Assembly: GCA_951406725.2 (NCBI GenBank)
Contig: OX597837.1
Location: 13,454,001-13,518,000, forward strand
Length of the DNA: 64,000 nt
Direction of reading: 5' to 3'
Origin: Octopus vulgaris
Lineage: Eukaryota
This document shows, in pieces, positions 36,417 through 48,478 of the stretch. Each line of letters starts with the position of its first letter. Position 1 is the first letter of the stretch. Position numbers and translations under genes: made by a program. A model generated the notes under the pieces. That model made no database searches. It saw only the letters and a list, made by a program, of their open reading frames with translations, and was not told the origin of the DNA.

Positions 36417-36506
36417 GTTAGGGAGTTGGACACAAGGAAGATGAAAGGAGATGAGAGATGGATAGGAAGATAATGTTTAAGAGGGGATGACATGAACCCA
36501 GCCTAT
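36417..36506 (-). repeat. Inverted duplicate of 36947-37037
   Basis: ~90-bp near-perfect reverse complement including ggataggaagataatgtttaagaggggatgacatgaacccagccta. Confidence 0.92.
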
Positions 36507-36509
36507 TTC

Positions 36510-37240
36510 TCTTTGGAACCACATGGATCAGAATCTGGTCCTACTGTGTGGCTGGTGTCCTCTACCATACCTGTGTGTTGACCAATTCCATGTAACTGCA
36601 TTTGGTAGAAGGAAACCAGATGAAACCTGCCTCACTATCATCAAGGATCTCTTTTGGAAGAAGCACATCCTTGACATATATGGAACCACATCCCAAAGAC
36701 TGGCTCTTCTTTTCTTGGCCATTGGCCCTCTACAAAGCTCAGGAAGGGCATACAATTGATTATTGCTCCCATATGTGGACCAGTGTTGCTCTGGTACACT
36801 TACACATCCTGACCATGTCCAGAGAAGGTGCCACTTGACTGATTGATATAAAGTCACTCACAGACACATTCCAGCTTCTGGTCCATGAACTTACAGCCTC
36901 CTCCTTGTCTTCTCTACTGAAACTATAATGGCCTCTGTTCCCCAAAGTAGGCTGGGTTCATGTCATCCCCTCTTAAACATTATCTTCCTATCCACCTCTC
37001 ATCCTTTCATCTTCCTTGTTGTGTCCAACTCCCTAACTTTACACTAATCATTACACCCAGTCTTTCCTTGCCAGAACTTTGGGCCTCTGGATACCCCTCT
37101 CTACTCATGTCTTTCTCTGTAAATGTTGGCATATAAAGGTTTGATAGGAACAATCAAAGCATTAACCTCACCAGCCTAAGAGGACCCACAAAGGCCAGGG
37201 GGCACTGCTGCTTCTTCTGGATTCAGCAACCTAAAAAAAG
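36510..37240 (+). mobile_element. Non-LTR retrotransposon (Jockey/CR1-group) 3' relic
   Basis: LYKAQEGHTIDYCSHMW..HYTQSFLARTLGLW matches LYKAQIRP.MEYCSHIW..SF.PRT..LWN. Confidence 0.75.
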
Positions 37241-38106
37241 AATACATATACATGCTGTTGATGCAGGGGCAAATAGGGGGTTGGTGGCTGAAGAGCATGT
37301 ACCCTTCTAAATAATATTACGCCTTTTTCTCCCGGAATTGTATTTCCTTCTGACCTTGCGTCCTCGCTTCAAAAAATTCCTAGGACAAGGCCTGTGATGT
37401 CACATATGAAATGATATTTGATTGCTTAAACAGGTTTTGTATGTCTGTGATGACACACTTGCTATATTACTCATAAACCTTTCTTCTCTGTTTATGCACA
37501 GACTTGTCAGCAAAAATGTTTAAAAAAAAACTTAATTCAGTTTCGAATAGAAAATAAATGGCAAAACCACGAGCACTAAGGGCAGAGTTAGGAGGTTGAT
37601 GGTGTGTGTTATTGAATACGCTGAAGAGTGTGGCAATCATAGAACTGTCAGAGAGTTTTGTATCTCAGGAAAGTTAGTGAGAGACTGATCTGATTGGAAC
37701 AAAAAGAAGAAAATGCCAAAACAAAACCTGTTGTATGATATAGTGTCTTCCAATATAAGAAACTGGAGTGGATTTTATATAAGCTGGGTGTGTGAATAGA
37801 GTTGTCATTCACATGGCTATAACAAAAGCACTACAGTTAACCGGAATACAAATAAACACATTAGTCTTTCATGCTTCAGTTGGTTGGTTGAAATTAATGA
37901 ATAGAAATGGGTTAGTATAACATGGGTGAAACTGGGCTGAGATAATGTAGAACAAGGAGTGGCAGAATTGACTCCAGAATTTTAACACAAAGTACTGTGA
38001 GTTCTGATCTTGCCAAGGGTCGTCTTTGTCTTTTGTCTTGAAAAATAGAATATTGGTCCAGCAATGGAACTGATTCTTCTATCTCTTACCTTTTTCTTTG
38101 GATTTT

Positions 38107-38328
38107 ACCTTTTAGCATTTAGACTGGCCATGCCCAGCCCAAATGTTCTACTTGCTTTATGTTGAAACTGTCAAGAGCTAACCCTTCACAGCCACATTAC
38201 AATGTCATTCTAAAAATAGACAATTCACATCATCAAAATCCCAAAGCTATGAGATTATGCGTGATTAATTCAAAACGATGTGAATAAATAAGTATCGCGT
38301 TTGACAGAGTAATTTGAGTGCCAAAGAG
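38107..38328 (+). mobile_element. piggyBac-type MITE
   Basis: ccttttagcattt..ccaaagag; matches the 41498 copy. Confidence 0.8.
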
Positions 38329-38438
38329 TTAGATAAAGTCCTGGCCTTGTTATATTTATGTCTTACTGATTTGGTCTGAGAAATACATAAAAGGTACATG
38401 TGTGTGTGTGTGTAGGATACTTAGCCAAAATGTGCCGA

Positions 38439-39012
38439 CCCTTTAGCATTCAGCTTACTCTGTTGATTGTAATGCTTATGTATTTACGTTGTTTTAAATT
38501 AATCATACAAAAAGCACCATCTGAGCATGTTCGTTACCAGCGTTGCCTTACTGGCACGTGAACAAAGCATTCGAGTGAGGTCGTTGCCAGTGCTGCTGGA
38601 CTGACTCCTGTGCAGGTGGCACGTAAAAAACACCATTTTGAGCGTGGTCGTTGCCAGTACTGCTAGACTGGCCCTTGTGCAGGTGGCACGTAAAAGCACC
38701 CACTACAGTCTCAGAGTGGTTGGCTTTAGGAAGGGCATCCAGCTGTAGAAACTCTGCCAGATCAAGACTGGAGCCTGGTGCAGCCATCTGGTTCGCCAGT
38801 CCTCAGTCAAATCGTCCAACCCATGGAAAGCGGATGTTAAACGATGATGATGATGATAATTATTATTATTTTGTAGCTTCAAGATTTCGATGATGTGATT
38901 AATTCATTTATGGAATGACATTGTAGAGCAGGTGTGAGAAGCCAGACCTAGCTAGTTTGAACATAAAATAAGAATATTTGGGCTGGGTGTGGCTGGTTTA
39001 AATGCTAAAGAG
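38439..39012 (-). mobile_element. piggyBac-type MITE (reverse) interrupted by a family A copy (38508-38857, 3 hairpin units)
   Basis: MITE sequence stops at aattaatcat and resumes at tattttgtagcttcaagatttcgatgatgtgatt. Confidence 0.8.
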
Positions 39013-39275
39013 TCAGAAGATACCCTGCTATATTACCTGTTAATTTCATGAGTAGGAATTCATTTGGTTGAATAGCCAAATACTCAGCATCGAGAGCAAT
39101 TTAGAATCCACCGATTTATCAGTCAACCAGGAATGTAGTTTCAAAGTACTTGTTTGTTCTAGACACAGATCATAGAAACCCATTGCTGTGATATTTATGG
39201 TTCTGGGACTTTGCTAGACTATATTTAACAATGATTGAGATCATTTCATTTAATCTGTTTATTATTATTATTATT

Positions 39276-39815
39276 GAGTGAGAGAGCAGTTCATGCCATC
39301 AAAGTGACACTGGGGTAAAATATACGAAGCCCAATATACTCATCATGACTACCCGTCTGATAAGGGTACACCAGGCACATGCATCACAACCATATGTGCG
39401 CGACATGGTGATCTCACGTCAAGGTAAACAGCGCATGACCTTGCAGGTGGGGCCCAGTTAGAATTTTCTTCAGGTCGAGTAGCCTATCCCGCTCAAAAGG
39501 TCCCTGAATAAGGGTAGTTTAAGGATGTTGAAAGAACCACCCATGTTTCCAGAGGTGAATTATTCAAACCCCAAAGAATCCTTCTCAACACATGGCTATG
39601 ATGCTCCCCCACTACTTCTGCTCGTGATCAGAGATGCACATATCGTCAGCCACTAAGGGACATGCTCAAGTGGTTAAGGTCAAACAACTGACAAGCAAAT
39701 CTGTGGTATTGAGCAGAATATTTGCTGTAGCCCATCTTTTATACCAAGACAAAACAATGTACACGATGACACTTCCAATCAGTTAAGATCAGAAGCCATG
39801 AGAGCCACTGCCTGG
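39276..39815. mobile_element. 540-bp element embedded in a (TTA)n microsatellite
   Basis: Sharp GC-richer block with (TTA)5-6 directly on both sides; no TIR and no tRNA head seen. Confidence 0.7.
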
Positions 39816-40183
39816 TATTATTATTATTATTATTGTTATTATTCAAACCCAGTCACAAGTGATATTACGAAAAGCAACCTGTGACTCATGTATTATAAAC
39901 ACAAAGACGTGGGTAGACCATTTCTATTGCCTTGACTTACATTCAGGCATGGTTGTGTGGTAAAAAAATATGCTTCGTAACCACATTGTTTTGGGGTTCA
40001 GTTCCATTGTGGTGATAGGTGATTTTTACTATAGCACAAGGCCAACTAAAGCCTTGTGAATGGATTTGGTCGATGAAAACTGAAAGAAGCCTGCCATAGG
40101 TGTATCTATGTTCATGTCTCTTTGTTTTGATATTGCATGCTAATTGTTAACAAATCCACACACACCTAGAAAAGTAGACATTA

Positions 40184-40570
40184 GGTGCTGATGTGGCTGT
40201 GTGGTAAGTAGCTTGCTTACCAACCACATGGTTCTGGGTTCAGTCCCACTGTGTGGCACCTTGGTCAAGTGTCTTCTACTATAGTCTCAGGCTGACCAAA
40301 GCCTTGTGAGTGGATTTGGTAGATGGAAACTAAAAGAAGCCTGTTGTATATGTATATATCTGTGTGTGTATGTCTTTGTGTCTGCCCTTCCCCCCAACTA
40401 GTGTTGGTGTGTTTGCATCCCTGTGACTTAGCAGTTCAGCAAATAAGACCAATAGAATAAGTATCAGGCTTAACAAAGAAGTACTAAGGTTGATTGATTC
40501 ATTTAACTAAAAGTTTGAGGCAGTGCTCCAGCATGGCTGCAGTCTAATGACTGGGACACGTAAAAGATAA
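40184..40570 (+). mobile_element. Family B SINE, full length
   Basis: gtggctgtgtggtaagtagcttgcttaccaaccacatggttc..gtaaaagataaaa. Confidence 0.9.
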
Positions 40571-41497
40571 AAAATTTTAAACAACAACAATGACGTGGTA
40601 GGTTAATCTTTCCTATTAATGCCATTTCTTTGTCTTAATAAATGTAGAACCATTTTCCACAGCAGACAGATTCCTTATAGAGGTCTTGGTCATTTAATAG
40701 TGAAACAAAGGACTTTCTCGGAAGATACATTTTCTCGTCTTCAGCTAAACAAGATTCGACTGAAGCTGTCTCGCTTTAAGTATCAAGTTTTTCTAAATAT
40801 GATAGTGTTGTTCTATTAATTCCTGCGTTGCTCATTCGACTGTTAAATCGACTTTTGTTCAATGATTCACAACAATGACATTCAGTTTTATAATATCCGG
40901 AATGTTCAGAGAGACATCCCCCCCCTTCCTCCCTTCTTCTCAGAAGTAGACCACTGTTATTTCTACGTTGACCTTTTCAATCTGGTTTCTCCGTGTGTTT
41001 TCTTTACCTTACTTGATGTGTAAAGAAACCAGAATAGCTTGTCAAGATAAGCTTTCAAATTAGCACCTGATTAACATACTGTTGGTGGTGGTGGTCATAT
41101 TGTCATCGTTAATAGTTCAAAAGAAGAGACTATGGCTTCATTTCAATTAGTGGTACCTGATTTCTTTTGTGTTACAAAACTAGTTTCCATTTATTTATAG
41201 GAAAATTAGAACTTTTTTTGTTTCTGTCATCATTTCGTGTAGATACAGGTTTGGCTGAATGGTTAAGAAGCTTCCTTTTGCAACCACATGGTTTCAGGTT
41301 CAGTCCTATTACATGGCACTTTGGACAAGCATTTTCTACTAAAGCTCTGGCCTGACCAATACCTTGTGAATGAATGTGGTAGATGGAAACTGTGTGAAGA
41401 CCTCGTGTGTGTGTGTGTGTGTGTATGTCTCTCTCACCACTGCTTATGCAAAAGGGTGGTGGTGGTGGCGTGCAGGTTGGAAAGTGATGTTGTTTAA

Positions 41498-41717
41498 CCC
41501 TTTAGTGTTTAAACAGGCTATATCCGGCCCAAATATTCTAAATGTTTTATATTCAAACTGGCCATATCTGGCCTCTCACACCTAATCTACATTGACATTC
41601 TAAAAATAAACAATCACATCATTGAAAGCTCAAAGCTATAACATAATGCATGATTAATTCAAAACAATTTGAGTGAAAAAGTATTGCATTTAATAGAGAA
41701 ATTTGAACACCAAAGAG
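41498..41717 (+). mobile_element. piggyBac-type MITE with intact TTAA TSD
   Basis: TTAA-CCCTTT...AAAGAG-TTAA. Confidence 0.88.
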
Positions 41718-43268
41718 TTAAGTTCTATAGTAAATAAATGTCTTATACTTAAGTGGATGTGTAAGGACTAGTTGAGTGAAAATACCTTACTTGTAAAACA
41801 AGTGGAGGTTTATGACAAAAAGCACATCCAGTTGTAGATCTATCTTCATAAGTTTTGTCTAACCTAAACACAAGCAACTTTTTTTTGAGAAGTGGGCCAC
41901 ATGAGATTATGGCTCTTCATCAGACAAGATGTGTTATTAAAACACTAAAACAGTTCATGATAATTTTTCATTAGGCTTGTCATTCAGGAAATCCTGCCAG
42001 TTAGAACTGGTTGTTAGAACTGGTCTAACCCATGAAAGCTTGAGAAAATGGACATAAAAACAGTGATGATAGTATGATATAGGATATTGCTGGAACGGTT
42101 CCAATATTTTCATGCTTAGTTTTCACATCGTTTCCAGCTAATATGACCTGTTCTTTCACAGTGTCTCAGCTTTCTTGTGTAGCTCCATGGGCAGGTAAAA
42201 TTAATAAAAGGTGTGGCTAAATAGTTCTTGTAACCAGATCCTACAAATGTTTGTGTTGTTTGTAATTGTTGGATACCAGAAGGTACGAGATTCGTTAGTG
42301 TCAGATAGGATGTCTTGTGATATTTGTTTGTACTCTGTAATCTGAGTTCAAATCCTGCTCTGTTTACCTTTGCCTTTCATCCTTCTGGAAGTGATTAAAA
42401 TGTATGGAATCATAGAGGTTGGATTGGCAGAACTATAAGAACATTAGATCAGTGTCTGGCACTGTTTGTCTCGGCTACCTGCATTCTGATGACAATATCT
42501 GCATTAGCTCTGCATTAATGTTTTGCTGTGGGTGACATGGAAAATTGGGGACTTTTGTGTATGGACGGCTGCTAGTTTCCCTTTACCTATGCCTGCTCCT
42601 TGGAAAAATTTACCAGGTGCAGAAATACATTCTTAACCACAACTGACAGGATCACTTTATATTCCAATATAGGTGTTATTTGAGCTTTGTTGAGATGAGC
42701 TCCTGATCAACCCTTAGCGGTTTTAGATATGTTGTTCATTGTTGCAGAGTGTGAGGTACATTGACGTGTGCGTCGATTGTGTCTGAAAGTAAATTGATAT
42801 TCATGGCCTTGTTTTAATGGTTGTTGAGGTCTGTTCATAAAGGCAGTGCAAGGTGGCCATCAATTGTTTAGGTTGCATGTGGCTGACACTCTTTTACAGA
42901 ATGTTAAGGAGTGTTTGTGGTTTTTGTTAGAAGCGACAGCAAGTAGACTGTTATTGTTTAGAATGAAAAGTGTGGGAGACATATCCAAACCACATTTTTT
43001 TCATAAGTTGTTTTAGATCTTTGTGCAGAAGGAAGGATTGAGAAGGATTGGAGCTCGCTGTGGAGGTCACCCCAAAAGTAGGATGTTAGTGGTTGCTTGT
43101 TGAGTTCGAGTTTTAATACTTGGCAACTGTGTCAATGGGATGAGACTAGTGGACGAAGAGTTTAGGAGTTTTAATTTGTGTGTAGTTAACACAGGGGTAA
43201 AGGCTAAAGATCCCCTTCAGTAATGAATTACCATGGGATTGCACCTAGAAAGTTTCCCTCTATTATTC

Positions 43269-43543
43269 TGTAAGGCTTGAAAAAAATAAGATAAAAGAAC
43301 CTACATATATGTTTCAGTCCTATCCCTTAGTTGATCAGAAATTCTAAGCATATGGGGTAGGACTTCAGGGTTATTATGAGCTTATGGAACTTGAAGGATG
43401 CATACAGAGTAAGGGTCCTACCACCATATAGTTAGAATATGGTACTTTTCTTAGCGTTTAACCAAATGCTTAGAATTTCTGATTAACTAGAGGATAGGAC
43501 TGAAACATATATGTAGGCTCTTTTATTTTTCTCAAGCTTTACA
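43269..43543. mobile_element. MITE with ~85-bp TIRs and TGT...ACA termini
   Basis: tgtaaggcttga..cctacatatatgtttcagtcctatcccttagttgatcagaaattctaagcat / atgcttagaatttctgattaactagaggataggactgaaacatatatgtagg..tcaagctttaca; no clean TSD. Confidence 0.85.
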
Positions 43544-43609
43544 ACTTGTAATCAATTTATTTGTACTGTCATGTTTTTTAAAAGAAAAGTTCAACATTTT
43601 ATGACATAA

Positions 43610-44135
43610 CTATGGCCTATGCCAGTGCAGCATAACTGACCCATTTAAGAATACCCTTCAGTCATTGGGCAATAAACTGTGCTTGCAAAGACATGTTTAG
43701 GCAAGTGAAGTCATTGTTGTGGCCAATGACATTACCGCCTATTTGGTACCCATGCAGGTGGCATCTAAAAGGCACCATTCAAGCGTGGTTGATGCTAGTA
43801 CCGGCTGAATGGTCCCGTGACGGTGGCATGTAAAAAGCACCATTTGAGCGTGGTTGTTGCCAGTGCCGCCTGACTGGCACCCATACCGGTAGCTTGTAAA
43901 AAGCACCATTCATGGATGGCTGATGCCAGTACCGCCTGACTGACCCTCATGCCGGTGGCACGTAAAAAGCTCCCACTACACTCTCGGAATGGTTGGTATT
44001 AAGAAGGGCATCAGGCTGTAGAAACTTTGCCAGATTGGAGCTTGGTGCAGCCTTCTGGCTCGCCAGCCCTCAGTCAAACTGTCCAACCCATGCAGCATGG
44101 AAAGCGGATGTTAAATGACAATGATGATGATGACG
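43610..44135 (+). mobile_element. Family A retroposon, long form (4 hairpin units)
   Basis: Upstream ataactgacccatttaagaatacccttcagtcattgggcaataaactgtgcttgcaaagac shared with the 55795 copy. Confidence 0.88.
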
Positions 44136-46391
44136 ATCCATTTTTTCTCCATTTTCTGTTCCTTCAATATTGATAATGTATAATTTCAATAATCCTTAAC
44201 ATATACCAGTGACTTTTGCATTATATAATAGGGATTAACCAGTGGAATATCTTGGATTATATATTCCCTAATGAGGATATAACTTCCTTGAATTAACTAT
44301 TTAACTATATATATATATATATATATATATAAACAATTACAGCGTGGAAGGTGTTTATAAGCCATTTAAAAACCCACAAAATCCATTAGATTCACTTCAA
44401 CATTTAATTTGCCAAAATATTTTTGCCACTTTGAGATCACGACCTGTTCACTGACAAAATTCCATGCTGCATCTGAGAAAATAACAGTTCATGATATATA
44501 CATGTATACCTAACATCTATCTGCTCTTTTGGCTACCTGATATAATTCTCGTATATATTCTTGTATGTGTTGCCATTTCCTTGCATCGACACCATCTGAT
44601 AGTTATGAGTGCCACCATCATGCAAGAGGTGCCTTTTGTTTCCAATCTTCTGTGAAAACATATCAGGTCATGGGAGAAGTATTTACCTTAGTTGCTAACA
44701 GGTGAGGATGAGCAACAGGAAGGGCGTCCAGCCATAGAAAATCCTCCTTGACATTCTGTCCCACCCATGCAAGCTTGGAAAAGTGGATGTTAAAATGATG
44801 CTGACGATTTGACTTTAGCGTTTTGAATTGCTCAGAAAAATAGGAAAGCTGTCACCATTATTTTGATCCCTTGTAAGTAATAATCCAATTTTAAATCAGT
44901 GGTTATAAGTGGGTTTCTCAAAACCAGTTATTGCTGAGGCAGTCGTGAATTGAAGGAGAAGTGGATATAGAATTCTGTGCCAATTAATAGGGCAGGTTCC
45001 CAAAGAATCAGCGACAGGTATAGGTGGTTTACTCCACCTGGCAGCAAGTTTCTGCTGGAAAACATCTTCCTGTACCCTCTGGTAAACAGTAGCATTTCAC
45101 AAGGGAACCTTCAGTTGGAAGCAGTGCATTGACAATCATCACCAAAGTAGACGCCAAGGCTGAGTACTTGCAACAAAAGGATCTTTACTAAAGATACTGC
45201 AGGGTTTTCCCTGCTGTGCGGTGTGTTGTATACAGGTCTGAAACCTGTTATGTGCTGCATAGACAAGTCTCTGTCTGTTATGGAATGTGTTCACAAGTTT
45301 CTGTCTGTATTGGGTGTCTATGCAAGCCTTTGTAAATGGGGAGTGTTTAGGGTTTATTACACTAGTTTCCATGACAATTAGGTATGTCTATAGAAATTGC
45401 CGTCCATTTATGCAGCTATCACTATCTGTTACAGTATCTGCGTGTGTATATCGTTTGTGTATCATTAAACTGTTGTAACCTAGTAAAAGCGCGGGGGGTG
45501 GGGGGGTATTGGTTTTTGCAATCTGTCAATTTATGCAATAGAAGCTTCTGTTTACCTGTGAGTAAAGGGAGGTATGTATTACTCTAGCAACATTCCCCTA
45601 ATAATATTTCTCTTTGTGTTGTAAATAGGTCACCCTAGTTACCATAGCGTGCAACTTGATCCACGAAGATTTAGAGTGGGGGGTCGGGTGGAGAAAGAAA
45701 CCCTTTGATTTTTTAGGCAGGGCCATGAGTGGTTGCCTAATTTAAAATCTTAATATGGGTTTGGGACATTTGTGTCTCCAAATTGAACTGTGTCAGGTCC
45801 CCGGGCTGCCTTGCCAATGTAGCAGCAATCAACACAACCGAGAACTAGTTACGCAGATTTATTATAGCGCAACACCGATAAATTGCTAAGCTGAATGTTG
45901 TAATGAGAAATGTTATTCTGGGGAGCGGTCGTTAGGTGGCAAGTCAGCATAATGCCTGCAGTCAGTGTTGATAAACTTGTTAACGAGAGCAGTAGTAGCG
46001 CATTGTGCTGTTAAGCAATTAAATAGATCTGATGAAGCATGCATTATTATTATTATTGTGACAAGTTACTCTGCAAGTTTCATTGACAATAGGGTTCAAA
46101 GACGATTGTTTGTCGGTCCTGGAGTAAGTTCTGAGATTTATAACATTTGGGTTTACCAATCCTTTCATTTTATGTTTTTAGTGATTAAATGTAAATGTTT
46201 TAAAATGTATTCACAAAGTTGGTGACTAAACTGGGTTTGTGGTGTTAAATGATAGAAAAAACAAAGTCTCTGTTTTGATTGGACAACAATCTATCTTAGA
46301 TACTATTGTGTTTATTGTCAACACCTAGGTACACTAAGGCAAGTGCTGCTCAGATAACTAACAATATGTTGATACGGAGATAGGATCTGAG

Positions 46392-46470
46392 CTGATGAGA
46401 TTACTGCCTAATCAAGATAGGCATAAAATACAAGTTCGATATTTGATATATAGGCAGTTAAAGTAATCGT
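46392..46470 (+). ncRNA. Partial hammerhead motif (5' core and stem II only)
   Basis: CTGATGA-GATTAC-tgccta..taggca..-GTAATC-G then tga instead of AAA. Confidence 0.35.
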
Positions 46471-46593
46471 GATTTTGCTCTCTCTTTCTATCTATCTAAC
46501 TCTCTCTCTCTCTCTATATATATATATAAGAATTTTTTGCGTAATAAGATAAAAAAACCAAGGGTGTATAGATATTAGAGCATTTATAGATAG

Positions 46594-46645
46594 GTCTTAC
46601 AGCTGTTTCTAGGATATTTATTAATAATATCCCTTCATCGGAGAC
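46594..46645 (-). ncRNA. Type-I minimal hammerhead motif, U4-to-C variant
   Basis: gtct-CCGATGA-aGGGATATT-loop-AATATCCTa-GAAA-CAGCTG-TA-agac; stems I, II and palindromic III present. Confidence 0.65.
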
Positions 46646-47156
46646 AGTGTGTGAGGAAAGTTAAGTCATAGTTTAGATGTGATATATGTATATATATATA
46701 TGTGTGTGTGTGATTATCTGTAAGGCTGGAGATGGGAGTGATGACCTCCCTCACAAACTATACGGACACAGACTGTGTGTCGTTAGTCAGCTGGGAAAGA
46801 TGTTTTCCTGGGACTAAAACAACAGTAACATCGTCCTTTATAGGACTACCACATTCTGTTGGCAAATAAGCTTTACTATATATATTTATATATTTATGTA
46901 TATAATGAAATTGCAGACAGTCTGTAGCTAAAGGTTGGGAAAGCACTGGGTGTGATTTTGTTTGATAATCATTTCAAATTTACACAATAGTGAGAAAATG
47001 GCTGATATGAAAGAGATTGGATGATGTGTGCAGGTGAGGGAACTATTTTAGAGTGGAACATGGCATACAAATAGGATTTGTACATTCTGGGTGTTGACGT
47101 AAGTTGACACTAGAACTTTGTTTTATATAATTTGTTCTACATTGGCATTCATGTCA

Positions 47157-47533
47157 TCTCTATATAAAGCTGAAGTTGTCTGTGTGTGGCAGGTTTGGTA
47201 GCCTTCAACTAACACTATCTCCTCCAAGACCCTGCGGTGCAAGTTGACCAAGATTGAGAGTATGATAGAAGAAGGCTTGCTCTTCCTTCCGTAGAAGAAA
47301 AAATTCAAATCGGTCCATGTTAACATCAAAAATTATTTATATCAAAAAGGTGCTTTTATTTCTATGAAAATCCCTATTTTTTACTGCTGTGTCGCCATTT
47401 TTCAGTGTATTTCAACCAGAAAAATGTTCACTTAAAGAGAATAACAAGGTACATAATGCAAAATTTTTACTTTTCAACAATTTCAATTCTAAAGGGTCGA
47501 AACAAACCCTAGCAACGGGTTTGATACTGCTAG
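47157..47533 (+). mobile_element. Non-autonomous Helitron (copy 2)
   Basis: A|TCTCTATATAAAGCTGA start, subterminal aaaccc..gggttt hairpin, CTAG|T end; matches 5359-5716. Confidence 0.85.
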
Positions 47534-48071
47534 TTCATTTTAAAATAATAAATTTCATGCTATGGATGTCACATAAATTTTACATAAATTTCAAAAGTGA
47601 TACTTCATAATACATTTTCTGGAAAAAAAGGAAGAAGAAAAAATCTCAAAGCAATCATATCTTGCCAGGAAGAAGAGAAAACAACTGGATTTCACTGGTT
47701 ACTGATAACAAGGGGTGCAGAGAAGAAATGAATTTGAACTACAGGTGGGATATTTGTTAATTTATTTATTTGTGTCAACCGACTGCTGCTGCTGCTGCTG
47801 AGCTGTTTTCGAGAGACAAAGCCTGGTGAAGATGTTTTCTCATGAAAATCATGTGCCCTACAAGGACATCCATAGTGGTTATCTGTCAGCGGATTAAAAT
47901 TATCCCATCACTATTGTCATCACGTGGTCAGACTCAGCCGAAATGGATTCACACTTGTTTCAATTCTTTAATTCCTGTTATATCATGTCTAAGAGTTGTG
48001 GTACTTATCATTTCTTTTAATTAAAAATAAAATAAAATAAAATTGTACTCCTTTTTTTTTTTAAGTTTTAA

Positions 48072-48285
48072 CTCTTTAACATTTAAACTGGCCACATCTG
48101 ACCCAAATATTCTTTCTGTTTTATGCTCAGGCCAGCCAGATCCAGTCTCTTGCGCCTACCCAATAATGGTCATTCTAAAAACGGACAATCACCTCCCTGA
48201 AATCCTGAAGCTATTAAATAAAGCAGGATTTATTCAGAACAATGTGAATAAACAAACGTTACATTTGATATTGAATGTTAAAGAG
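48072..48285 (+). mobile_element. piggyBac-type MITE with TTAA TSD
   Basis: TTAA-CTCTTTAACATT...AATGTTAAAGAG-TTAA. Confidence 0.85.
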
Positions 48286-48294
48286 TTAAACTTA

Positions 48295-48478
48295 GGTCCC
48301 CAAGCGGAACCCCAAGGAAACATTCCACTGGCTTGAGGAACCCTTGTGCAATAATTTAATAGTCTTATGCATACATATCTGCACAGGAGAATTAAAAACT
48401 ACTGCCGATTTTAGCAGTTTTGTAACTTCTTGCGGAACCCCTGGACTGTACTGGCGGAACCCTGGTTGAAAACCACTG
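48295..48478. mobile_element. hAT-type MITE fragment
   Basis: Repeated gcggaaccc subterminal motifs and a terminus ggttgaaaaccactg (CAGTGGTTTTCAACC). Confidence 0.65.
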
